Shown here piece by piece: positions 1 through 6,832 of a stretch of 20,000 bases of DNA. The notes beneath the pieces were generated by a model that was not told the DNA's origin, searched no databases, and worked only from the letters and a program-made list of their open reading frames with translations. The stretch comes from Folioceros fuciformis. Lineage: Eukaryota. Location: contig JBNGIO010005379.1 in the NCBI GenBank assembly GCA_049999805.1, forward strand, positions 47,518-67,517, read 5' to 3'. Each line of letters begins with the position of its first letter. Position 1 is the stretch's first letter. The position numbers and the translations under genes are program-made.

Positions 1-135
1 TAGCATATTTTCAATCACAGCCTAACAAAACATGCTTAGCATATTCCCCATCACACCCTAGCAAAACATGCTTAGCATATTCCCCATCACACCCTAGCAA
101 AACATGCTTAGCATATTCCCCATCACACCCTAGTA
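1..135. repeat. 36-bp tandem repeat (~3.7 copies; may continue left of the window)
   Basis: Unit TAGCATATTCCCCATCACACCCTAGCAAAACATGCT starts at 1 (diverged), 37, 73 and 109 (partial). Confidence 0.95.
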
Positions 136-318
136 AGGCAGGCTTCTTAAACTGTGCCTTAGCAGAGGGTTCATAGTGACCTAGTCTTCCTTGGCAACCT
201 CTAGTCTAAACATGTTTAGCATATTCCCCATCATAGCCTAGTAAGTCATGCTTCTTAAGCTGTGCCTTTGCATGGTTCATAGTGACCTAGTCTTCCTTGG
301 CAACCTCTAGCCTAGATC
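109..318. repeat. ~108-bp tandem duplication starting with the 36-bp repeat head
   Basis: TAGCATATTCCCCATCA...CTAGTAAG...GCTTCTTAA.CTGTGCCTT...GGTTCATAGTGACCTAGTCTTCCTTGGCAACCTCTAG starts at 109 and again at 217 (period 108 = 3 x 36). Confidence 0.9.
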
Positions 319-552
319 TTATTATGTGCCTCATCTCCTCTTATGAAGCTATTAGTGCCCAACAATTGCTCAGCAATGTCAAGCATGATTGTGTGCTTAT
401 GGCTTAGATGCATCCAAATAGTAATTAGTTAATAATTAACTAATATTAATGAATAGTATTAATAATAATTAATAACTATTTAGTCAAGTTTATTAAAAAT
501 ATATGATATAATATAAAGTCAACTAGATACACACAACTAGATGTGTGGATGT

Positions 553-568
553 GGGTTTAGGGTTTAGG
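553..568 (+). repeat. Short interstitial plant telomere-type motif / telo-box
   Basis: GGGTTTAGGGTTTAGG is about 2 TTTAGGG units and contains the reverse complement of AAACCCTAA. It is too short to infer function. Confidence 0.4.
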
Positions 569-741
569 TTGCAGTAGGTCTCAAGTAGTAGGCATAAAAG
601 TCTAGCTCAATGAGTGTCCGTTGCAGTTGTAAGCTTGTATTGTCTTGCTTTTTGGGAATAAGCTTTCTCTTATGGGAGCATCCTCTTGTTGCAAATCCGG
701 TTGAGGTGTGCATGTGCGCGGTGTGTAAGATTATGTGACCC

Positions 742-902
742 GATCGAGGATTTGAGAAGCCAAGTTACAGCTCTGAGAAGTGTGGATGCAAGTAGATCGA
801 GGATTTGAGAAGCCAAGTTACAGCTCTGATAAGTGTGGATACAAGTAGATCGAGGATTTCATAAGCCAAGTTACAGCTCTAAGAAGTGTGGATGCAAGTA
901 GA
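742..902. repeat. 53-bp tandem repeat, 3 copies
   Basis: GATCGAGGATTTGAGAAGCCAAGTTACAGCTCTGAGAAGTGTGGATGCAAGTA starts at 742, 795 and 848 with only a few substitutions. Confidence 0.95.
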
Positions 903-1208
903 GGAGATTTTGTGGTGTCTGACAGAAGCAAACCCTTCAACTCTTACAAGCTTACAGCACCCTGTTTAATGTGTGTGTAATGTGGTGTGGTGTGAGTATT
1001 GTTAACTAATGAACCATGCAGGAGGGTGATGTTGAGCGGCACAGCATGACAACAAGCATCCACGCATATTCCCTAACCTAACGTGTACAACCAAGCAAGA
1101 CACTCTACGTAAGTTGCACATTAGCAAAGTTCATAGTAACCTAGTCCTCGTCGGCAACCTCTAGCCTAGATCTTATTATGTGCCTCATCTCCTCTTGCAA
1201 AGCTCCCT

Positions 1209-1629
1209 AGTGCCCAACTCACTTGGCAAGTAGCCTAGCATGCAATTCCTCAACCTTGGCAACCTCTCATACAAAAGCTCCCTTTACAGAATATAACTTT
1301 GGTTGAAAAAAAAATGTGCTAGACCACTTGCTTCACTCCTCCACCCATGCATAATTGATAAGCTTAAGCTCAATGAGAACTTCACCTCTAACCAAGATCT
1401 ATCGATAACTAACTATCAAATACTCTCCCTACACCTTGTTCATAAGCTCAACTCGCATAATGCCTTTGGATGTTTGTTCCAACTCTTCAACAATGTTAAC
1501 CTAGTGCTCACTAGCTCTTCCTATGTCATCTCTCATTTATTAGCTCAAGGGTGGGCCTTGACCACCCGTGTATGGGAGGTTGCTAAGGTTGAAAAATTAT
1601 GTACTAGTCTATTGGCTTCTTAGAGCACT
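1209..1629. mobile_element. Degenerate inverted repeat pair (1209-1273 vs 1569-1629); possible MITE/foldback relic
   Basis: The reverse complement of 1230-1273 (TGTATGAGAGGTTGCCAAGGTTGAGGAATTGCATGCTAGGCTAC) aligns with 1569-1612 (TGTATGGGAGGTTGCTAAGGTTGAAAAATTATGTACTAGTCTAT) at 34/44, and 9 of the 10 mismatches are transitions. No target-site duplication was identified. Confidence 0.5.
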
Positions 1630-2230
1630 CTTCACAAAATATGGCCTTTTACTAAAAATAAAATGTTTTTATTGTAAATATAATTCAAATAATTTCTTTG
1701 TAAGCTTGTTTTCAATTCTTTTTCGAGCCATAAATGATGATGAGATACAAGCACATGGGATTAGCAATGGGTTAGTGGATTCATAGTACTAAGGGTAGGA
1801 TTTGGGAATTTGTATAATATCATGGCCTGATAGCAATGCTATGGTGCAGTTTACCCAGGGTTGGGGCATGGGCTTGCCTTGGGCTCAATCAAGTTTAAGT
1901 TACATTCTTTTATGCACAATTTAAATTTAATTCTTAATTGATATATGCTTTATTTATTCTGGTATTGATTAATTGATTTATAAATCTTCACTTTTGTGGC
2001 TCATAAAGCTTTTCTTCGACAGATAGCTTAGTTTGGAACATGGACGAACAGGTGACTCTGGCTCCGTGCAGATTGCCTGATTGTGCTGGGCTCCCATCTG
2101 CCATCCGGTTCGAGAAGGAAAAGGTGCCCATTTCTCAGGGCTTGGATGATGCAGGCATGCTGCCTTGTCTAGGATCGGCTCTCCATGTGCAAAGCCAGAG
2201 ACAGGCGGCCCCCGTGACCTCCATGGATTC

Positions 2231-5200
2231 ATGGCTGTCGGGAACGTGGTCATACGTATTCTTGGAAGAGCACCAGCTCAAGTTCAACCTCAATCTCAAG
2301 CTCATGTGCCTTGTAGGAACCAACGCCGACCCCAACTCTTGGCACACAAGCACGCTGCCAGATACAGCAGCACCTGGCCATCAACGCCACAGCCGGATGA
2401 ACCTGGATCTGGTGGCCGGATCCGGTGTGCAGAATACGAAAGGGGAGCCGCCGTTACCCAGCTCTGTGACCAGGGTTATATCACCCAAGCTGTCGAGGCT
2501 CTTGGAGTTCTGGTGCAGACGCGATGCTGCATTTCCAAATCTCTCTTTTCTGCCGTCCTCAAGAAATGTGCGTTCCGAAAGGACCTTGTTCTGGGCCGCC
2601 GAGTTCATGCCTTCGCTGTGAGAACGGGGTACCAATCGGACGCTGTCCTGGGCACCAGCATCCTGCGAATGTACGCCTCTCATGGCAGGTTGCAAGACGC
2701 CATGGATGTGTTTGAGCTGGTTTCAGAACCGGATGCCTTCACCTGGTCTGCCGTAATCTCTGCGCATGCTAAACAAGGCCAAGACAAGCTGGCCGTAGAG
2801 CTTTATCATCGGATGCGCAGGTCCAGCGTGAAGCCTGATGGCCATGTGTTTGTGGCAGTTCTGCAGGCTTGTGCAAGGGGACACGACTTGAAAACGGGGC
2901 AGCAGGTGCATGCTCACCTCCTGGCCACAGGCACCCAACCTGATTGTTTCGTGACCACTTGCTTGGTGAACATGTACGCCAAGTGTGGCCAATTGGAAGA
3001 TGCTCACACACTCTTTGACGGACTCGGACAGAATCAAAAACATGTCGTGACGTGGACTGCTCTCATCGCAGGGTACTCCCAGCAGGGTAGGGGGCAGGAA
3101 GCCCTTCGCATCTACGGCGCTATGCAACGAGAAGGCCTTACTGTTCCCAATTCCGTTACATTTGTGTGCCTTCTGCAGGCATGTTCCAGTGTGGGGGCCC
3201 CAGCTTTGGACAAGGGGAGGCAGCTTCATGCAGAAATCAGGGACCACGGACATCAGGATGATGTCTTCGTGGCCAACAGCTTGGTCAACATGTATGCCAA
3301 GTGTGGCAGCCTAGAGGATGCTCGCAGAGTATTTCAGGGACTTCGCCACAAGGATGTGGGAACGTGGAATGCATTGATAGCTGGGCATGCCCACCATGGC
3401 AAGGGCCAAGAAGCCCTCCGTCTCTACGATGTCATGAAACACGAATGCAGCACTACACCTGATTCCATGACCTTTGTGTGTCTCCTGCAGGCATGCGCAG
3501 CCGTGGGCACCCCAGCTTTGGAGAAGGGGAGGCAACTTCATGTGCAAATTAGGGAAGGAGGACATGAAGCTGACATGTTTCTGGCTAACAATTTGGTGAA
3601 TATGTATGCAAAGTGTGGTAGCATCGAAGACGCTGAGAGAGTGTTCCATGGGCTCCATCAAAGGGATGTGGTCACATGGAATGCCATGATAGCAGGATAT
3701 TCGCAGCAAGGCATGGGCTGGGAAGCCCTTCGTGTCTACACTGATATGCAGGAAGAAGCAAGTGCACCACCGAATTCCGTGACTTTTGTGTGTCTCCTTC
3801 AGGCCTGTGCAAATGTGGGCAGCGCAGGTTTGGAGAAGGGGAGGGAGATTCATGCGCAGATAGCAGAATCTGTACATCAGGCTGATGAATTTGTAGCCAA
3901 CAGTTTGGTGAACATGTATGCCAAGTGTGGCAGCTTGGACGATGCTCAGCGTGTGTTTGATGGACTGCGTAGGAAGGATGTGGTGATGTGGACTGCTCTG
4001 ATTGCAGGTTATTCCCAACAGGACATGGGCCAGAAAGCGCTCCATCTGTACAGTGCTATGCAAGAAGAAGGAACAGCAGTGCCCAACTCCTTGACATTTG
4101 TAAGTCTCCTGCAGGCATGCGCAAGTGTGGGCACCCAAGCTTTGGACAAGGGGAAGCAGATTCATATGCAAATAAGAGAACAAGGACATGAAGCTGATCT
4201 ATTTGTGGCCAACAGTCTGGTGAACATGTACGCAAAGTGTGGCAGCCTGGAAGATGCCCACGCTGTGTTTGACGGACTCACTCAGAAAGACGTCGTTACT
4301 TGGACTGCTCTGATTGCAGGATACTCCCAGCAGAACATGAGCCAGGAGGCGCTCCGTCTTTACGGTGCAATGCAAGAGGACAGCATGGCTGTACCCAATT
4401 CCATGACATTTGGCTATCTCCTCCAGGCTTGTTCAAATTTGGGGACCCCAGCTTTGGACAAGGGGAAGCAGCTTCATGCAGAAATTAGAGCACGAGGATA
4501 TCAGGGTGATTTGTTTGTGGCCAACAGTTTGGTGAACATGTATGTAAAGTGTGGCAGCCTTGAGGACGCCCATAGAGTGTTTGATGGCATGGTGGAAAAA
4601 GATGTGGTCACTTGGACTGCTCTAATTGCAGGGTACTCCCAGCACGGTATGGGGCAGGAAGCCCTTCGTCATTACATTGCTATGCAAGACGAAGGCATCA
4701 CCGTGCCCGATCCTGTGACGTTTGTGTGCCTCCTGCAGGCGTGTGCAAATGTGGCAGCTTTGCACCTGGGGAGGCAGATACATGCACAGATTGAGGAACA
4801 AGGGCTTCACCACCAAGCGTTTATAGCGAGCAGTTTGATTAACATGTATGGAAAGGCTGGGAGCATGGTTAACGCGCAGCAGGTGTTTGATGGCTTGCCG
4901 CACAGAGAGACTGTTGCCTGGAGTGCGCTGATTGCTGGCTACGCCTCTCAAGGACACAGTGAAATAGTCTTTGACTTGGTCCAGAGAATGAGAGACGATG
5001 GCGTGCAGCCAGTTGGCGTCACATTCCTTAGTGTATTAACAGTGTGTAGTCATGCTGGTCAAATGGCCAAGGGCATGGAGTTCTTCGAGGCTATGAGCAG
5101 AGAGTATGGCGTCACTCGCACAGTGGAGCACTACACATGCATGGTGGACCTTCTGGGCCGTGCCGGTCAAGTGGATGAAGCACTGAAGTTGGTGAGCAAA

Positions 5201-5581
5201 ATGCCCGTCGTCGCCAACGCTGCTATCTGGCATACTCTATTGAATGCTTGTCGAAAGTGGAGGAACCTGGAGGTGGCGCGACACGCTTTCGAAGAAGCAG
5301 TGAAGCTAGACGAAAAAGATGCGGCTGCATATGTGCTGATGTTCAATATGTACACCGGTGCCCAGATGTGGGAGCAGGCACAGATGGTACAGTTGAGGAG
5401 GATGAAGGTCAGGGCATGGAAGCAGCCAGGTCAGAGCTGGTGGACCGACATGAACGGAGAGGTTCATAGTTTTTTGGTTGGGGACGACAAGCTCAAACCA
5501 GAATCAAACACGTCTTGCGCTGAAAGAAGCCAGGATGTGGACCAGTCACGTGACCGGGAGGCATATCTGATGTTAGGATGA
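2231..5581 (+). CDS. PLS-class pentatricopeptide repeat protein, organellar RNA-editing specificity factor (E1-E2 + WW-type PG box, DYW domain truncated), ~1116 aa
   Basis: The track ORF starts at a TTG (2165). The first in-frame ATG after the TGA at 2147 is 2231 (MAVGNVVIRILGR...), followed by an Arg-rich presequence-like N-terminus without acidic residues. Motif order is L-S, 7x(P-L-S), P2-L2-S2 (VVTWTALIAGYSQQG / SVTFVCLLQAC / VFVANSLVNMYAKCGSLEDA / VEHYTCMVDLLGRAG), then E1 (AAIWHTLLNACRKW), E2 (AAAYVLMFNMY) and KQPGQSWWTDMNGEVHSFLVGD. There is no HxE or CxxC and no DYW end. The ORF is uninterrupted. Confidence 0.96.
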   Translation: MAVGNVVIRILGRAPAQVQPQSQAHVPCRNQRRPQLLAHKHAARYSSTWPSTPQPDEPGSGGRIRCAEYERGAAVTQLCDQGYITQAVEALGVLVQTRCCISKSLFSAVLKKCAFRKDLVLGRRVHAFAVRTGYQSDAVLGTSILRMYASHGRLQDAMDVFELVSEPDAFTWSAVISAHAKQGQDKLAVELYHRMRRSSVKPDGHVFVAVLQACARGHDLKTGQQVHAHLLATGTQPDCFVTTCLVNMYAKCGQLEDAHTLFDGLGQNQKHVVTWTALIAGYSQQGRGQEALRIYGAMQREGLTVPNSVTFVCLLQACSSVGAPALDKGRQLHAEIRDHGHQDDVFVANSLVNMYAKCGSLEDARRVFQGLRHKDVGTWNALIAGHAHHGKGQEALRLYDVMKHECSTTPDSMTFVCLLQACAAVGTPALEKGRQLHVQIREGGHEADMFLANNLVNMYAKCGSIEDAERVFHGLHQRDVVTWNAMIAGYSQQGMGWEALRVYTDMQEEASAPPNSVTFVCLLQACANVGSAGLEKGREIHAQIAESVHQADEFVANSLVNMYAKCGSLDDAQRVFDGLRRKDVVMWTALIAGYSQQDMGQKALHLYSAMQEEGTAVPNSLTFVSLLQACASVGTQALDKGKQIHMQIREQGHEADLFVANSLVNMYAKCGSLEDAHAVFDGLTQKDVVTWTALIAGYSQQNMSQEALRLYGAMQEDSMAVPNSMTFGYLLQACSNLGTPALDKGKQLHAEIRARGYQGDLFVANSLVNMYVKCGSLEDAHRVFDGMVEKDVVTWTALIAGYSQHGMGQEALRHYIAMQDEGITVPDPVTFVCLLQACANVAALHLGRQIHAQIEEQGLHHQAFIASSLINMYGKAGSMVNAQQVFDGLPHRETVAWSALIAGYASQGHSEIVFDLVQRMRDDGVQPVGVTFLSVLTVCSHAGQMAKGMEFFEAMSREYGVTRTVEHYTCMVDLLGRAGQVDEALKLVSKMPVVANAAIWHTLLNACRKWRNLEVARHAFEEAVKLDEKDAAAYVLMFNMYTGAQMWEQAQMVQLRRMKVRAWKQPGQSWWTDMNGEVHSFLVGDDKLKPESNTSCAERSQDVDQSRDREAYLMLG
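2972..4850 (+). repeat. Intragenic ~312-bp PLS-triplet tandem repeat
   Basis: The ATG of the NMY[AVG]K[CA]G motif recurs at 2972, 3290, 3602, 3914, 4226, 4538 and 4844 (spacings 318, 312, 312, 312, 312, 306). Confidence 0.92.
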
Positions 5582-5941
5582 AAGACGGGGACAGCACCGA
5601 GATGCCCACGTCGTTGAAGAGACATAACTGGACATACGTCCGCAAGTGTTGTGAAGGACTTCCTCCGTGTTTGGTTGTGGCTGTGTTGTTATGTAGAGGA
5701 GAGTCGATGTATCCTCTGAAAGGGTGCAGGGACGGAAGTTGAAGTCGGACAGTTGTGTATGGTACAGGGCACAGCTGAAGGCGGGGTAGCCCCTCTGGCG
5801 CCCAGCAACGGCTGATGACAGACAGTAGAATCTGGAGCCTAACAGGTTGCAACGTCCACTAATCTTTCTATCGACAGCTCCCGCTCATCGCTCACCTGAC
5901 CTGAAGGAAGCCACCATTGTGCATGATGGCTGACAACCATG

Positions 5942-6475
5942 AGCAAGCTGTGTGATCAGGGCCATGGATTTGTCATTTAGGCTGTTGAGGAGGCTTGGGA
6001 ACTTTTGGTGCTTCCAAACAAAGCAGCGACCTGTGTTTCCAAATCCGCCTACTTCACTACTGCCTAATATGAATTTATGAGCACCGTCGTGAAAAGAAGA
6101 GACCAGAAGCGTGTGGGTGTGGGTCACCTTCATGTGGTGCCATTCCATACTTTGGGCTCATGTCAAACAGGCAAGGACAAGTGGGCCTCATTGCATGCAA
6201 TGGGTCCGACCAGATGGTCTAGTCTCGTCTGTTGTGGCCACCCCCTTCCGGCATGTGCAGGGGCATTTGTTGCAGCTGAAAACTGGCCACGAACAGCTGT
6301 ACATGCCTGCTTTCGGGGTTCAGACCAGAGTTGATCCCTTTGTGTGTGACTACACTTGCTTGGTGAACACAGTATGCGCCAAATGCTCGCACACTGTTTG
6401 ACAGGCTAGCACGCGAGCATGTCCTGGCTGGATTGCCCTTCTTAATTCTTATTGCAGGTATTCACAGCACGCCAT
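5942..6475 (+). pseudogene. Decayed partial tandem paralog of the 5' part of the upstream PPR gene
   Basis: Collinear matches to ~2455-3090: KLCDQGH..AVEEAWELLV vs QLCDQGYITQAVEALGVLV; CVSKSAY vs CISKSLF; TFMW...AHVKQ/GKDKWA vs AFTW...AHAKQGQDKLA; an exact 17-mer CACTTGCTTGGTGAACA (6353-6369 = 2956-2972); ATGCTCGCACACTGTTTGAC vs ATGCTCACACACTCTTTGAC; and an LIAG/YSQH remnant at 6448-6470. It has multiple frameshifts, stops and deletions. Confidence 0.85.
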
Positions 6476-6832
6476 GGATATTTTTTCCAAGATGCTCGAC
6501 CACAGTCACGACAATACGGGGATCAGGACAATGCAAGTCACCCTGCGGATCGCACGATGATGAAGACGACACGACCTCGGTCATGTCTGAAGTCACGGCC
6601 CTGGGAACGGGCCATCCACGGCATCAGCAATGGCGGGGTAGGGAACATGGGCTGTGTATCCGGGGCGAAGCGAGCATCAAGGGAATGGGACATGGCCTGG
6701 TACGGAGTGGGACACGCCTCTCGAGGAAATACGATCCCCCGTCCGACGAGCGGAAGACGTTGCGCTCGGTGATGGAGACATGGCCTTACCCGCAGCCGTA
6801 ATAGCCATCGGGTGTCCATGCGAAGACGGTAG

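Larger units (their letters stand above)
275..1218 (+). repeat. Dispersed ~90-bp direct repeat (275-363 and 1129-1218)
   Basis: An identical 44-mer GGCAACCTCTAGCCTAGATCTTATTATGTGCCTCATCTCCTCTT occurs at 299-342 and 1153-1196, with similar flanks (GTTCATAGT.ACCTAGTC...; ...TAGTGCCCAAC). Confidence 0.9.

Noticed and set aside
1-216. Minus-strand reading of the 36-bp repeat as a KHVLLGCDGEYA peptide repeat
   Set aside because: The frame is interrupted by a TAG near 206-208 and has no start or other coding support in the window.
424-444. Hairpin ATTAGTTAA-TAA-TTAACTAAT
   Set aside because: It lies in a nearly pure A/T tract where such palindromes arise by chance.
742-902. 53-bp repeats (and the 36-bp and 30-bp arrays) as a CRISPR array
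   Set aside because: The units are directly adjacent with no unique spacers, there are no cas genes, and the context is eukaryotic. They are ordinary minisatellites.
1303-1786. ORFs 1303-1623 and 1568-1786
   Set aside because: They have non-ATG starts, lie in AT-rich repeat-derived sequence and show no recognisable motifs.
2165-2230. Track start of the PPR ORF at 2165
   Set aside because: The codon is TTG. A nuclear gene most likely starts at ATG 2231, which yields a plausible targeting peptide.
2040-2621. 193-aa ATG-initiated ORF overlapping the PPR 5' end in another frame
   Set aside because: It has no recognisable domain and mostly shadows GC-rich PPR coding sequence. It would matter only as an overlapping uORF if transcription starts before 2040, which cannot be seen here.
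2381-5355. Antisense and alternate-frame ORFs inside the PPR gene (e.g. 3311-4189, 292 aa; repeated MDCS.CR ORFs)
   Set aside because: These are shadows of the repetitive PPR codon pattern and recur with the 312-bp period.
5578-5742. Possible frameshifted continuation of the DYW domain after the PPR stop
   Set aside because: The translation (MKDGDSTEMPTSLKRHNWTYVRKCCEG...) lacks HxE, CxxC and DYW-like motifs.
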